A DNA stretch of 64,000 nt from Devosia sp. (lineage in GTDB: Bacteria; Pseudomonadota; Alphaproteobacteria; Rhizobiales; Devosiaceae). The stretch spans positions 7,863-71,862 of the forward strand of contig NZ_JAYRYM010000002.1 in NCBI RefSeq assembly GCF_041917035.1, given 5' to 3'. The number at the start of each line of letters is the position of its first letter. The first letter of the stretch is position 1. The notes below the pieces were generated by a model. It saw nothing but the letters and a program-made list of their open reading frames with translations. It ran no database searches and was not told the origin of the DNA. Shown here piece by piece: positions 30,256 through 41,107 of the stretch. The position numbers and the translations under genes are program-made.

Positions 30256-30762
30256 TCAGCCGCCCACGAAGTCTCCCTTGCCCACCGGCACGCCGTTGTG
30301 CCGCAGGATGGCGTAGGCCATCGTCAGGTGGAAATAGATCTGCGGGATGGCATTCAGCGTCACGTGCGGAACCGACGGCACGCTCTGCTCCTCGCCGCGC
30401 ACCTTGAGCGTCACCGGCCGGTCCTCGCTGCCGGCGAGGTCGGCCTGGCTGAAGCTCGCAACGTAGTCGAGGGCGGTGCGCACACGCGCCCGCAGATCCG
30501 CGAGCGTGACCTCGGTGTCGGCCCAGCTCGGCGGGGTCCGGCCGGTCAGCCGGGCCAGTACGAACTTGATCCGGTCCGTCGTCGATTGCACCTGGAAGGT
30601 CAGGGGCAGCATGTCCGGCGCGAGCCGGGAGGCCGGCAGAACCTCGGGCTTGATCTTCCGCTCGGCCGCGTTGGCCTCGGCCTTGGCGAGGATCGCGTCC
30701 AGGTTGTTGAGATAGCGCGTGAACACCGGCACGGTGATCGCGTACATCGACAGGCTCATCAT
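30256..30762 (-). CDS. DUF1993 family protein
   Basis: RLAPDMLPLTFQVQ, YFHLTMAYAILRHNGVPVGKGDF. Confidence 0.92.
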   Translation of the reverse strand: MMSLSMYAITVPVFTRYLNNLDAILAKAEANAAERKIKPEVLPASRLAPDMLPLTFQVQSTTDRIKFVLARLTGRTPPSWADTEVTLADLRARVRTALDYVASFSQADLAGSEDRPVTLKVRGEEQSVPSVPHVTLNAIPQIYFHLTMAYAILRHNGVPVGKGDFVGG

Positions 30763-30807
30763 TTCCCTCGGGATTGCGGGCGCACGGCCCAGTATTGTGT
30801 CGGAAGT

Positions 30808-31326
30808 CTACCAGCTGTGATCGACGCTGCGCTCATGCGGGTCCGGTTGCGGCAGGGCGGGCCAGGCATAGTCCTCCGGCAGCACCAGCTCGAAATCGTA
30901 GGCGGCCAGTTCTGCCCCGTCCAGGTCCACCTCGATGCGGTGCGGTCCCGCCGGGTCACCCTCGGCCACACACCAGCCATTGGTGATCCAGCCGTCGCTG
31001 AGCTCGGGAACGAAGGTCGTGGTGGCGAGGCGGCCATCCTCCGAGATCTCGATGCCGTCATCGGCATTGACGGCAGCGTCGCCCCAGTCCGCCGGGGCGG
31101 CCGGCAGGATCAGGCGCTCGACGCCGGTCGCGGGGGCGTCCCCCTCGGCGAGGCGGATCCACCAAGTGTAGCAGGCTCCGGACACCAGCGGCACGCGGCT
31201 GCCGTCGAGCCGCTGTTCCACCCCGCCATAGGTGAAGGTCGTCTCGAACACCGAATCGATCATCTCGACGGCCCCGGCGGGCGTCGAGGCGAGCACGCCG
31301 AGCACTATTGCGGCAACCGATCTCAC
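30808..31326 (-). CDS. Exported hypothetical protein
   Basis: GTG start with GGGAGG RBS, signal peptide, CYTWWI and WCVAEGDP.G motifs. Confidence 0.7.
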   Translation of the reverse strand: MRSVAAIVLGVLASTPAGAVEMIDSVFETTFTYGGVEQRLDGSRVPLVSGACYTWWIRLAEGDAPATGVERLILPAAPADWGDAAVNADDGIEISEDGRLATTTFVPELSDGWITNGWCVAEGDPAGPHRIEVDLDGAELAAYDFELVLPEDYAWPALPQPDPHERSVDHSW

Positions 31327-31460
31327 CGGTATCCTCCCCTTCGTCGGCGGCGACCATAGCACCGCCCGGCGCGCGGCCGGAAGCGGGAAAACCGCCCGGT
31401 GGCGCCCCTCGCCAAGCGGCGGCGAAGCTGGCATTCTCGGCACACGGACTGCAGGAGGAA

Positions 31461-32225
31461 GTGTTGAGGACGTTGGGATTCGTCGCGATTTCAGGCCTTT
31501 GGGCCATCCTGCTCGCCGCGCCGGCGGTGGCGCAATCGACCGACGGCATGCCGAGCGGCCCGTTCGATACCTTCGTCCCCGAACCGGGGTTCACCACGAC
31601 GCTGGAGGAGACTCCTCCCGACACTGAACTGGTCAAGCGCCTGTTTGCCCTCGGCTATGCCGATCAGTGCCGGCTTGCCATCGAGAGCGACGTGCTCGGC
31701 ACCGAGCCCGAAGTCTGGGACCTCACCTATCGCGACAGCTACCAGGAGGCGGACGAGCCGGACCGGACCTTCCGCCTCTACCACTTCAACTGCGACGCCG
31801 GCGCCTACAACGTGATCTCGGTGTTCCTGACATGGGACAGCTTCAGCGGTCTCGCCCCGCTGTCCCTCGCCCGTCCGGAATTCGACATCACCTACGAGAG
31901 CGGCGATTTCGACGGCGACGTCCTGGACATCGCCTACCGGGGGATGAGCGCGACCAACCGGCTGGTCAATGCCTGGTTCGATCCCGATACCGGCACGATC
32001 GGCGCCTCCGGCAAGTGGCGGGGCCTGGGCGATGCCGCCGACTACAGCACCTGGGTGCAGCGGGGGCCGGTCTTCGTGCTCGATGTGTTCGACGTGGATG
32101 CAAGCTACGACGAAGCCGTCAACCCCTGGCGGATCGTGGCCGGCGGCAGGGTGCTCGAGGTTCCCGAGCGGCTGCCGGAGGAGAGATTCGATGAGCCAGC
32201 AGAAGACGACGCCGACGGGCAGTGA
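31461..32225 (+). CDS. DUF1176-like exported protein
   Basis: Signal peptide; C..GAYN, LVNAWFD, KWRGLGD; GGAGG RBS. Confidence 0.72.
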   Translation: MLRTLGFVAISGLWAILLAAPAVAQSTDGMPSGPFDTFVPEPGFTTTLEETPPDTELVKRLFALGYADQCRLAIESDVLGTEPEVWDLTYRDSYQEADEPDRTFRLYHFNCDAGAYNVISVFLTWDSFSGLAPLSLARPEFDITYESGDFDGDVLDIAYRGMSATNRLVNAWFDPDTGTIGASGKWRGLGDAADYSTWVQRGPVFVLDVFDVDASYDEAVNPWRIVAGGRVLEVPERLPEERFDEPAEDDADGQ

Positions 32226-32622
32226 CGTCGGCGCCTTTCTCGCCCAGGTCGAGGGCGAGGCCAGGCGGGCCGATTGCTCCCGGCTGGTGGCGCTGATGAG
32301 CGAGATCGCCGGCGAAGGTCCGGTGCTTTGGGGGCCGTCGATCGTCGGCTTCGGCAGCTATCACTACCGCTACCCGACCGGTCACGAGGGCGACGCGGCC
32401 CTGATCGGGTTCTCGCCCCGCAAGGCGGAGTTCTCGATCTACCTGATGGGCGTCTACTTCCCCGAGAGCAAGGACAAGGCGGAGGCTCTCCTCGCCCGGC
32501 TGGGCAAGCACCGGATGGGCAAGGCCTGTCTGTACGTCAAGCGCCTGTCCGATATTGACCAGGGCGTCCTGCGCGAGCTGATGGAGCTTTCGGTCCGCGA
32601 GGTGCGCGCCCATTACGGTTGA
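32191..32622 (+). CDS. DUF1801 family protein
   Basis: WGPSIVGFGSYHY, GFSPRK, GKACLYVKRL. Confidence 0.9.
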   Translation: MSQQKTTPTGSDVGAFLAQVEGEARRADCSRLVALMSEIAGEGPVLWGPSIVGFGSYHYRYPTGHEGDAALIGFSPRKAEFSIYLMGVYFPESKDKAEALLARLGKHRMGKACLYVKRLSDIDQGVLRELMELSVREVRAHYG

Positions 32623-32942
32623 GGACCGCCGCCTGCGGGGCGCGGCAATGAAAGGGCCGCAGCACCGTCTCCGATGCTGCGGCCCCGAGAAGCGCGGGCC
32701 GCCATGTTGAGGGCTTGGGGGCAGCGGCCGGCAACTTCTCACCGTTCACCGGTGCATGGGTCGTTTGCAGAATTCCAGTGAACTGCCACTAGAGATGGGC
32801 GCGCTTTGCGGCAGGAAAAGAGCCATCACCGGAAGGTGAAGTTCATGAACAGTCGGTAAGCTGGCACGTTGCCCAAGACCGGCACAGCCCCTAACTATGA
32901 GCCGCATGGCGGTCGAGGGGTTGCCGCGCCAGCGAGAACAGC

Positions 32943-34418
32943 ATGAACACCATCACTCCACCGCCCCTGGCGCAGAAGGCCTTCACCGATCCGGAAGCCG
33001 CCTGGGCCTACCTGGCCCAGATCTACCACCGCAATACCGGCTTCATCCGCCAGCACCTGATTGCGCTGACGCGCGGTCACGTGCCCAAGGGACGCGTGCG
33101 CGCCTTCTACCCCGAGGTGCAGGTCACCTCGCGCAGTTACGGCAAGACGGACAGCACCCTTCCCTACGGGTACCTCCATACGCCCGGCATCTACCGCACC
33201 ACGGTCACTGCGCCCGAACTGTTCAAGCGCTACCTGATCGAGCAGTTCGAGGTCATTCTCGCCAACCATGGCGGCGCCATCGAGGTCGGCGAGTCGAGTG
33301 CGCGCATCCCGCTGCACTTCGCCATTCCCACCACAGAACGCATCGACGGCGAGGCGATCAATGCCCTGCCGATCCCGCTGCGCGACCTCTTCGATGTGCC
33401 CGACCTGCAGGATACCGACGACGAGATCGCCAATGGCACGTTCATTCCGCCGGTCGGAGGGCCCTACCCCCTGGCGCATTTCACCGCGCCGCGCGTCGAC
33501 TACTCGCTGCAGCGGCTCAGCCACTACACCGGCACCGAGGCCGAGCACTTCCAGAACTTCGTGATCTTCACGAACTACGGCTTCTACATGGACGAGTTCG
33601 CGCGCACCGCCCTGCGCTACATGGAGGAGGGTCACCCCGACTATGACGGCTTCGTCGAGCCGGGAGGTCATTTGACGCGCAACAGCCGGCTCGGCGGCGG
33701 CACGGCGGGCACCCGCGCCACCCGCATCCCGCAAATGCCGGCACTGCATCTCACCATGCCGCGCAATCGCGGCATCACCATCGTCAACATCGGCGTCGGG
33801 CCATCCAACGCCAAGACCATCACCGACCACATCGCCGTCCTGCGCCCGCATGCCTGGATCATGCTCGGCCACTGCGCCGGCCTCAGGAACAGCCAGGAGC
33901 TGGGCGACTACGTCCTGGCCCACGCCTATCTGCGCGAGGATCACGTGCTCGATGCCGACCTGCCGGTCACCGTGCCGATTCCGGCGCTCGCCGAAGTGCA
34001 GGTGGCGCTCGAGAAGGCCGTCGCCGAGATCACCCATCTCGAGGGCATCGAGACCAAGCGCATCATGCGCACCGGCACCGTCGCCACCTTCGACAACCGC
34101 AACTGGGAACTGCGCGACCAGGCCTCGATCACCCGGCAGCTCAGCCAGTCGCGCGCCGTGGCGCTCGACATGGAATCGGCCACCATCGCCGCCAACGGCT
34201 TCCGCTTCCGCGTCCCCTACGGCACCCTGCTCTGCGTCTCGGACAAGCCTCTCCACGGCGAGCTGAAGCTGCCGGGCATGGCCTCGGACTTCTATCGCAC
34301 CCAGGTCAACCGCCACTTCCAGATCGGCCTCAGGGCCATGGAAATCCTCCGCGACCAGCCGCCGGAACGGCTGCACTCGCGCAAGCTGAGGAGCTTCGCG
34401 GAGACGGCGTTCCAGTAG
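32943..34418 (+). CDS. amn: AMP nucleosidase
   Basis: RVDYSLQRLSHYTGT, QMPA, NIGVGPSNAKT, GHCAGL, DMESAT, SDKPLHGE. Confidence 0.97.
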   Translation: MNTITPPPLAQKAFTDPEAAWAYLAQIYHRNTGFIRQHLIALTRGHVPKGRVRAFYPEVQVTSRSYGKTDSTLPYGYLHTPGIYRTTVTAPELFKRYLIEQFEVILANHGGAIEVGESSARIPLHFAIPTTERIDGEAINALPIPLRDLFDVPDLQDTDDEIANGTFIPPVGGPYPLAHFTAPRVDYSLQRLSHYTGTEAEHFQNFVIFTNYGFYMDEFARTALRYMEEGHPDYDGFVEPGGHLTRNSRLGGGTAGTRATRIPQMPALHLTMPRNRGITIVNIGVGPSNAKTITDHIAVLRPHAWIMLGHCAGLRNSQELGDYVLAHAYLREDHVLDADLPVTVPIPALAEVQVALEKAVAEITHLEGIETKRIMRTGTVATFDNRNWELRDQASITRQLSQSRAVALDMESATIAANGFRFRVPYGTLLCVSDKPLHGELKLPGMASDFYRTQVNRHFQIGLRAMEILRDQPPERLHSRKLRSFAETAFQ

Positions 34419-34422
34419 GCGC

Positions 34423-34450
34423 CTTGCATTTGGCCGGGCGGGTCCTATCC
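34423..34450 (+). promoter_or_regulatory. Possible RpoH/sigma70-type promoter of MNT-HEPN module 1
   Basis: CTTG-N17-CCTATCC directly upstream of the GGAG RBS. Confidence 0.35.
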
Positions 34451-34470
34451 TAAGGGGCAGGAGACGAAGA

Positions 34471-34761
34471 ATGCGCCCATCCGTGGTGTTCGAGCAGAAC
34501 CGGGAGTTGATCCGCGAGCTGACTGTCCGCCGCCGGATGACGAATCCGCGAGTTTTTGGCTCGGTACTGCATGGAACCGACACGGAGGGGAGCGACATCG
34601 ATCTCCTGGTCGATACCCTGCCCGACACGACGTTGTTCGACCTGGGCGGGCTCCAGGAGGACCTCGCCGAAAGGCTCGGTGTCACCGTGCAGGTGGTGAC
34701 ACCGCGTGAGCTATCCCGCTATTTTCGCGACAAGGTCCTGGCAGAGGCGCAGCCAGTGTGA
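34471..34761 (+). CDS. Minimal nucleotidyltransferase (MNT/MntA-type antitoxin), module 1
   Basis: FGSVLHGTDTEGSDIDLLVD (GSX10DXD). Confidence 0.92.
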   Translation: MRPSVVFEQNRELIRELTVRRRMTNPRVFGSVLHGTDTEGSDIDLLVDTLPDTTLFDLGGLQEDLAERLGVTVQVVTPRELSRYFRDKVLAEAQPV

Positions 34762-35117
34762 TCGACAATCGGCTGCGCGTTCTCGTCTGGCATATCCGCG
34801 ACGTGGCCGCAGAGATCGCGGAGTTTGTTGCCGCCAACTCGCAGGAGCAGGTCAAGGCGAACTTGTTCGCTGCGCGCGGTTTGGTCCACAGCCTCTACAT
34901 GGTTGCCGACCTGGCAACCCGGCTCCAGAATGAACACCCGGAGTTCGTTGCGGCCGTGTCTGACGTGGCCTGGAGAGACATTCGCGGTCTGCGCAATCGA
35001 ATTGCCCACAGCTACTTCGAACTCGACCATGAGGTGGTCTGGAGAGCCGCCGTTGTAGAAGTACCTGTGCTTGCCGGAGTGTTGGTCGAGAGGCTCGACA
35101 ACCACGGGCGTGCGTAG
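34758..35117 (+). CDS. HEPN/DUF86 (HepT-type) toxin, module 1, intact
   Basis: WRDIRGLRNRIAHSY (RX4HXY); GTGA overlap with MNT. Confidence 0.9.
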   Translation: MIDNRLRVLVWHIRDVAAEIAEFVAANSQEQVKANLFAARGLVHSLYMVADLATRLQNEHPEFVAAVSDVAWRDIRGLRNRIAHSYFELDHEVVWRAAVVEVPVLAGVLVERLDNHGRA

Positions 35118-35378
35118 TTGTCGAAAGGGTCCTGGCTGAGGTGAGGCACAGGATCGGCGAGCTTGAACCGCAGCCGCGGCCGAAGGACTAGCCCCCCTCA
35201 CACCGGCTCGTGGTCGATGTCCAAGAACCGCTCCACTTCCAAGCAGTTGATTGGGAGGATCGCAAGGTGGGCAATTCGACATCCCGCAAGCGCAATTCAA
35301 GGAGCCCCCGGAACCGCGTTTCCGCGAGCGGGTTTGCAGTCGGGCTTCGGTGCTTTAGCCTGAGCTTGGAGACTAGAG

Positions 35379-35670
35379 ATGCGTCCGTCCGAGGTGTTCG
35401 AGCAGAAACAGAGCTTTGATCCGCAAGGTGGCCGCACGCTACCGCGTTGCGAATCCACGCATCTTTGGTTCTGTGCTGCACGGGGACGACAGGAACGATA
35501 GCGACATCGACATTATGGTCGATATTGTGCCGGGAACAAGCCTGTTCGACCTGACCGGCCTGCAGAGCGACCTTGAAGCGGCCCTCGGGGTGCGCGTGGA
35601 CATCGTTGCGTCGACGGGGTTGCACCGCTTCATTCGAGACAAGGTGTTGGCAGAGGCGTTGCCAGTATGA
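35379..35670 (+). pseudogene. Frameshifted MNT antitoxin, module 2
   Basis: ATG 35379 reads MRPSEVFEQ like module 1; an extra A in CAGAAACAGA shifts the frame before LIRKV...FGSVLHGDDRNDSDID. Confidence 0.8.
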
Positions 35671-36037
35671 TCGACGAGCGTGTCGCGTTGAGCCTGGACG
35701 GCATGAAACAGGCCGCCGCCGATGCAATCTCGTTTGTCGCAGGAATGTCCGAGGCCGAATTTCTCCAATCGACAACGACACGGATGGCTTGCGCCATGTG
35801 TATGGCCCTTATTGGCGAGGCGACCGCCCGGATCGAGAGGCGCTCGCCGGACTTTGTGGCAGGCATCCTGATTGGCCGTGGAACAAGATACGCGGACTAG
35901 GAAACCTGATCGTTCACGACTACGGCCACCTCGACATGCCGACGATTTGGGTAGTGGTGCATGAGTCGCTTCCAGATCTCGTGTCGTAGATCCGAGGGGT
36001 AGGCGAACTCGATCCGAGGTCGTGGCCTAAGGAGTAG
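35667..36037 (+). pseudogene. Disrupted HEPN/DUF86 toxin, module 2
   Basis: Frameshift near 35860 before HPDWPWNKIRGLGNLIVHDY; in-frame TAG at 35987-35989; homologous tail continues to 36037. Confidence 0.8.
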
Positions 36038-36064
36038 GTCGCCGAGCTGCTTCACCCCCAAGAC

Positions 36065-36829
36065 CTACCCCTGTTCCCGCACATACCCGATCAGCCAGTC
36101 CGGCCAGTTGATGGTCATGCCGTTGCAGCCGAGCTCGGCGGCGGCGACCATTTTTTCGCGGCTGGAGATGCCGGAACTGCGGGCCTCGAGGCCCAGCGAG
36201 TGGGCGAGATCGACGATCTCGCGGGACTGGTTGGCGGCGTTGAGAGTGATCATCGAGAAGTTGTTGCGGGCGCAGCGGCGAACGGCCTCGGTTGGGTCGG
36301 TTCGCAGCAGTTCCTCCGGCGCCCACGCGATGCGCAGCAGCGGCTCCAGCTGCTTGGCGCGCTTGAGGCCGGCTTCATCGACGATCGAGAACAGGTAGAC
36401 CTGCTCGGCCAAGCCAAACTCTGCGATGCAGGCGACCACCGCCTCCACCAGTCCCGCCATCGGCTTCTTCAATTCGACATGGTAGGTCAGCGTATCGCCA
36501 AACTCCGCAAACAGCTGCCCCAGCGTGATCAGCTTCTCGCCCGCATAGCCTCGATCCCAGTTGAGCCTCGGATCGTGCCACGAGCCGGCATCGAGCTCGA
36601 GCAGTTGGGCCAGCGTGTGGTCCTCCGGCAGCCCGCTGCCATTGGTGGTCCGCTCCAGCGTCTCGTCGTGAAACAGCAGGAGTTCACCGTCCCTGGTGAA
36701 GGCGACGTCGGTCTCGACTTCGGTGGCCCCCAGGTCCACGGCACGCCGGAAGCTGGCCATCGTGTTCTCCGGCGCGTAGCCGCTGGCACCTCGATGGGCG
36801 ATGATGTGAAACGGAGAGGCGAGCGGCAT
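36065..36829 (-). CDS. Glycerophosphodiester phosphodiesterase
   Basis: IIAHRGASGYAPENT, ETDV, HDETLERTT, ELK. Confidence 0.93.
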   Translation of the reverse strand: MPLASPFHIIAHRGASGYAPENTMASFRRAVDLGATEVETDVAFTRDGELLLFHDETLERTTNGSGLPEDHTLAQLLELDAGSWHDPRLNWDRGYAGEKLITLGQLFAEFGDTLTYHVELKKPMAGLVEAVVACIAEFGLAEQVYLFSIVDEAGLKRAKQLEPLLRIAWAPEELLRTDPTEAVRRCARNNFSMITLNAANQSREIVDLAHSLGLEARSSGISSREKMVAAAELGCNGMTINWPDWLIGYVREQG

Positions 36830-36833
36830 CCCC

Positions 36834-37124
36834 TCACACCCTCTCGTAGTCGATCTCCAGAAACCGCTCCACCTCGCGCTCCCAGCGCTCCTTGACGAAC
36901 TTCACGTGCACGGGGTGCTCGTTGTAGGCGTCGTAGGCGGCCTGGTCCCTGAACTCCATCGAGAAGCCGAACTCGTAATCGTTCTTTCGGCTCACCTGCT
37001 TGAGCTGCTCGAACTTCTCGACGCCCGGAATGCCGGCCAGCACCTTGGCGTCGCGCAGGAACGCCTTCTCCTGCAGGGAGCCGTGCGCGTGCTTGAGGAC
37101 GAATATCACGCTGTGCCGGATCAT
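36834..37124 (-). CDS. Dabb (stress-responsive A/B barrel) protein
   Basis: [18 protein letters not shown]; ATGA overlap with maeB. Confidence 0.88.
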   Translation of the reverse strand: MIRHSVIFVLKHAHGSLQEKAFLRDAKVLAGIPGVEKFEQLKQVSRKNDYEFGFSMEFRDQAAYDAYNEHPVHVKFVKERWEREVERFLEIDYERV

Positions 37125-39418
37125 GCCGTCTCCTCCTCCAGCGCCACCGCTTCGCTGGCGGCGATTGCCGCCATATTGACGATTCCGCGGCTGGTGGTCG
37201 AGGGGGCCAGGATGTGCGCCGGAGCGCGCGGACCCATCAGGATCGGGCCGACCGCCAGGGCGTTGTTCATCTCCTTGAGCAGCGTCATCGACAGGTTGGC
37301 GCTGTCGAGCGTGGGAAACAGCAGCAGGTTCGCCTCGCCACCCAGCACCGAGTCGGGGACGTAGCGGCGGCGCAGTTCCTCGTTCAGCGCCACGTCGCCC
37401 TGCATCTCGCCCTCGACGATCATCTCGGGCGCCACGGCCTTCAGCTTGCGGTAGGTCTCGCGCATCTTGAAGGCGCTCTCGCCGTCGCGCGAGCCGAAAT
37501 TAGAGTAGCTGAGCAGGGCCGCCTTGGCCTCGATGTTGAAGCGCTTGAGATGATCCCGCGCCTGCAGGGCGATGCTGACCAACTCGTCCGGCGTCGGGTC
37601 GACGTTGACGTAGGTGTCGGCAAGGAAGAACACCCCGCGCGGCATGATCAGCATCGACAGCGCCGACACGTCCCGCACCCCGTCCTGCAGGCCGATGATC
37701 GAGCGGATGTCGCGCACGTGCTTGATGAAGCGCCCCTGGAAGCCGCACAGCATGGCGTCGGCTTCGCCGCGCTTGACGCTCAGTGCCGCGATCACCGTGG
37801 TGTTGGTGCGCACGATGGTGCGGGCGATGTCCGGCGTCACTCCGCTGCGGCCCACCAGCGAATGGAAAAGCGTGACATAGTCGCGATAGCGCGGGTCGTC
37901 CTCGGGGTTCACCACCTCGAAGTCGCGCCCCGGCTTGATGGTCAGCCCGAAACGCTGCAGCCGGCTCTCGATCACCTGCGGCCGGCCGATCAGGATCGGC
38001 TGCGCCACGCGGTCCTCGATCAGCACCTGCGCGGCGCGCAGCACGCGCTCGTCCTCGCCGTCGGCGAAGGCGATGCGCTTGTTGTGTCCCTGCACCCGGT
38101 CGATCACCGGCTTCATCACCAGTCCGGAGCGGAACACGAAGCGATTGAGGCTGTCGTGGTAGGCATCGAAGTCGAGGATCGGCCGCTTGGCGACGCCGCT
38201 CTCCATCGCCGCCCGCGCCACCGCCGGCGCGATCCTCAGGATCAGCCGCTGGTCGAAGGGGTTGGGGATGATGTGGTCGGGGCCGAAAACCGCCGGCTGG
38301 CCGGAGGGCGAGACTTCCAGCCCCGGATCGTGCGCCAGCTTGGCGATGGCCTTCACCGCCGCGAGCTTCATCTCCTCGTTGATCGCCGTCGCGCCCACGT
38401 CAAGCGCGCCGCGGAACATGTAGGGGAAGCAGAGGACGTTGTTGACCTGGTTGGAATAGTCCGACCGCCCGGTGCAGACCATGGCGTCGGGCCTCAGTTC
38501 CCGCGCCACTTCCGGCATGATCTCCGGCACGGGGTTGGCGAGTGCCAGGATCAGCGGGTTGGCCGCCATCCTGGCCAGCATCTCTGGCTTTAGCGCCCCT
38601 GCGGCGGACAGCCCGAGGAAGACGTCGGCGCCATCGAACACCTCGGCCAGCGTCGTCGCCTCGCTGTCGGGCCGGCAGAACTTGCCCCGCCACCGGTCGT
38701 TGACGTCGTTGCGCTTGTAGGTGAGCAGGCCGTCCTTGTCGGCCACCCAGATGTTCTCGAGCCGGGCGCCCAGCGCCAGCAGCACGTTGAGGCAGGCAAT
38801 CGCCGCCGCCCCGGCGCCGGAGGTGCAGATCTTCACCTCCTCGATCCTCTTGCCGCTCAGTTCCAGTCCGTTCAACACCGCCGCGCCGACGATGATGGCC
38901 GTGCCGTGCTGATCGTCGTGGAAGACCGGGATCTTCATGCGTTCGCGCAGCGCTTCCTCGATCTCGAAGCACTCCGGCGCCTTGATGTCCTCGAGGTTGA
39001 TGCCGCCGAAGGTCGGCTCCAGCGGCCGTACCACCTCGATGAACTTCTTGGGGTCGGTCTCGTCCACCTCGATGTCGAAGACGTCGATGCCGGCGAACTT
39101 CTTGAACAGGACCGCCTTGCCCTCCATCACCGGCTTGCTGGCGAGGGCGCCGATATTGCCCAGACCCAGCACCGCGGTGCCGTTCGAGATGACGGCGACG
39201 AGGTTGCCGCGTGACGTGTATCGGGTCACGGCATCCGGATCGGCGGCGATTTCCTCGCACGGCGCCGCCACGCCGGGCGAATAGGCCAGCGACAGGTCGC
39301 GCTGGTTGCCCAGTGGCTTGGTGGCCTGGATCTCGAGCTTGCCGGGCTTGGGATACTGGTGGAAATGCAGCGCCGCTTCGCGCAGCGCCTTTCTCTGTTC
39401 GGTCAGGTCGGCGGACAT
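37121..39418 (-). CDS. maeB: Malic enzyme with C-terminal phosphotransacetylase-like domain
   Basis: [42 protein letters not shown], followed by a PTA-like domain. Confidence 0.95.
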   Translation of the reverse strand: MSADLTEQRKALREAALHFHQYPKPGKLEIQATKPLGNQRDLSLAYSPGVAAPCEEIAADPDAVTRYTSRGNLVAVISNGTAVLGLGNIGALASKPVMEGKAVLFKKFAGIDVFDIEVDETDPKKFIEVVRPLEPTFGGINLEDIKAPECFEIEEALRERMKIPVFHDDQHGTAIIVGAAVLNGLELSGKRIEEVKICTSGAGAAAIACLNVLLALGARLENIWVADKDGLLTYKRNDVNDRWRGKFCRPDSEATTLAEVFDGADVFLGLSAAGALKPEMLARMAANPLILALANPVPEIMPEVARELRPDAMVCTGRSDYSNQVNNVLCFPYMFRGALDVGATAINEEMKLAAVKAIAKLAHDPGLEVSPSGQPAVFGPDHIIPNPFDQRLILRIAPAVARAAMESGVAKRPILDFDAYHDSLNRFVFRSGLVMKPVIDRVQGHNKRIAFADGEDERVLRAAQVLIEDRVAQPILIGRPQVIESRLQRFGLTIKPGRDFEVVNPEDDPRYRDYVTLFHSLVGRSGVTPDIARTIVRTNTTVIAALSVKRGEADAMLCGFQGRFIKHVRDIRSIIGLQDGVRDVSALSMLIMPRGVFFLADTYVNVDPTPDELVSIALQARDHLKRFNIEAKAALLSYSNFGSRDGESAFKMRETYRKLKAVAPEMIVEGEMQGDVALNEELRRRYVPDSVLGGEANLLLFPTLDSANLSMTLLKEMNNALAVGPILMGPRAPAHILAPSTTSRGIVNMAAIAASEAVALEEETA

Positions 39419-39497
39419 CTTTGGCCCTCATCGCAAGGGCTGAGTGAGTGCCACTAATCGCGCCGAATGGAAAGCGGCTGTTCGGCCCGGCCTCGGC

Positions 39498-41084
39498 TCA
39501 GGCCGCCGCCCTCGGCAGGTCGGCGGGCCGCGCCGACCCGTTGAGCGCCAGAGCCAGTTCCCGGAAGGCGGTGCCCTTGAGCGGCGGCGCAAAGAGGTAG
39601 CCCTGGGCCAGGGTGACGCCATGGGACCTGAGGTAGACCGCCTGCTCCTCGTTCTCGACGCCTTCGGCAACGATCTCGGTGCCGAGGTCGCGTGCCATCG
39701 AGATCAGGCCGTCCAGCACCGGCACCTGGGTGAGCCCGGGCTTGATCATGTCGACGAAGATGCGGTCGATCTTGATGACATCGACACCCAGCGGCTGCAG
39801 GTAGGCGAGATTGGAGTGTCCGGTGCCGGCATCGTCCATGGCGATCCGGCAGCCCAGCGCATGCAGCCCGGCAATGACGCCGGGAGCCGTGGCCATCCGG
39901 TCCATCGGCTGGCGCTCGGTCAGTTCGAACACGAGTTGCCGGAACGAGATGGTCGTGCCGGCAAAGATCGTGTGCACGTCGTCGACCACGTTGCCGTCGC
40001 GAAAGTGCCCCTCGAACAGGTTGATCGAGATCTTGAGCTCCGGCATCTCCCGGCAGAGGTCGGCGAGGTCGTCGCGCGCCTGCTGCATCAGGCTGATCGT
40101 CATCGGAATGGCGAGACCGGTCACCTCCGCGTACTCGATGAAGGCGCCCGGCGACACCACCTCGCCCGATCGTTTCTCCCAGCGGGCGAGCACCTCGCAG
40201 CCGGCCAGTCCCCCCGTCCTGAGGTTGATGACCGGCTGGTAGTAGGGCTTGATCTCGCCCGCCTTGATCGCACGCTCGAGGTCGAACGCGGGCAGGTCGG
40301 AGCGTCGCACGTACTGAAGCGCCAGGATGAGGAACGCCGCGCTCATCAGGCTGGAGATGATGGTGAAGCTGGTATCGAGATCGGCGTAGTCGGCCCGCAC
40401 GATGGCGAAGGGCACTGCGGCCATGACGCGGATCGGCAGGGAGCCCGCAAAGCTCTCGACGGACAGGAACTCGGTCGTTCCCCGCGCGTCGTAGCCTGCC
40501 GAGTCGCCGGCTGTCAGCATGGCGGTGCCGTCGGAGAGTGCGATCCGCACCACGCTGGTCGGCTTCAGGCCGTTGAGCAGGCTGGCCGCCTCCGCCGCGA
40601 TCACCGGCACGAAGGTCGAGACCTTGCGCGACTGGCCGAAGCCCTGCGTGACCTTGATGAAGGGCGCCGCCAGATCGGCGAAGCGAACCACCTCCATCGT
40701 CTCGGTCTGGCTCGGGATGCTGAACGGCTTGGTCAGCGGGGCATGCTGCACCTGCTTGCCCAGCGCGTCGCAGTACTGCACGCCGTCATAATTCTCGACC
40801 AGCACCTGCTTGAGGTAGAGGCTGCGCTCCATCTGCTGGTGCACGCTGGCGACGAAGCCGGGCGTGCACAGCGATGCACTGTCGGCGAGGATGTGCCGCA
40901 GCGAGCCGATGGCATCGTAGACCGTCGCCTGAACGCGCGCCGCCACCGCGTCGGCTGTCCCCTGCAGCACGGCCCGTTCCCGCACCCGCACGTAGGAATC
41001 GAGCAGGAAATCCACCGCCATGACCGGCAGGAACGCGGCTATCGCCGCGATCAGTGTCAGCACATGCGCGTATTTCGACTTCAC
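39498..41084 (-). CDS. Membrane-anchored EAL c-di-GMP phosphodiesterase (CSS-like sensor)
   Basis: TM helix, periplasmic domain with two Cys, TM helix, then EVLARW, ELTE, DDAGTG, KIDR, AEGVE, QGYLF. Confidence 0.88.
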   Translation of the reverse strand: MKSKYAHVLTLIAAIAAFLPVMAVDFLLDSYVRVRERAVLQGTADAVAARVQATVYDAIGSLRHILADSASLCTPGFVASVHQQMERSLYLKQVLVENYDGVQYCDALGKQVQHAPLTKPFSIPSQTETMEVVRFADLAAPFIKVTQGFGQSRKVSTFVPVIAAEAASLLNGLKPTSVVRIALSDGTAMLTAGDSAGYDARGTTEFLSVESFAGSLPIRVMAAVPFAIVRADYADLDTSFTIISSLMSAAFLILALQYVRRSDLPAFDLERAIKAGEIKPYYQPVINLRTGGLAGCEVLARWEKRSGEVVSPGAFIEYAEVTGLAIPMTISLMQQARDDLADLCREMPELKISINLFEGHFRDGNVVDDVHTIFAGTTISFRQLVFELTERQPMDRMATAPGVIAGLHALGCRIAMDDAGTGHSNLAYLQPLGVDVIKIDRIFVDMIKPGLTQVPVLDGLISMARDLGTEIVAEGVENEEQAVYLRSHGVTLAQGYLFAPPLKGTAFRELALALNGSARPADLPRAAA

Positions 41085-41107
41085 GTCGCCTCGAATCCAG
41101 GCCCGGG

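Noticed and set aside
32862-32872. Sigma54-like TGGCAC...TTGC upstream of amn
   Set aside because: The spacing between the -24 and -12 elements is far too short
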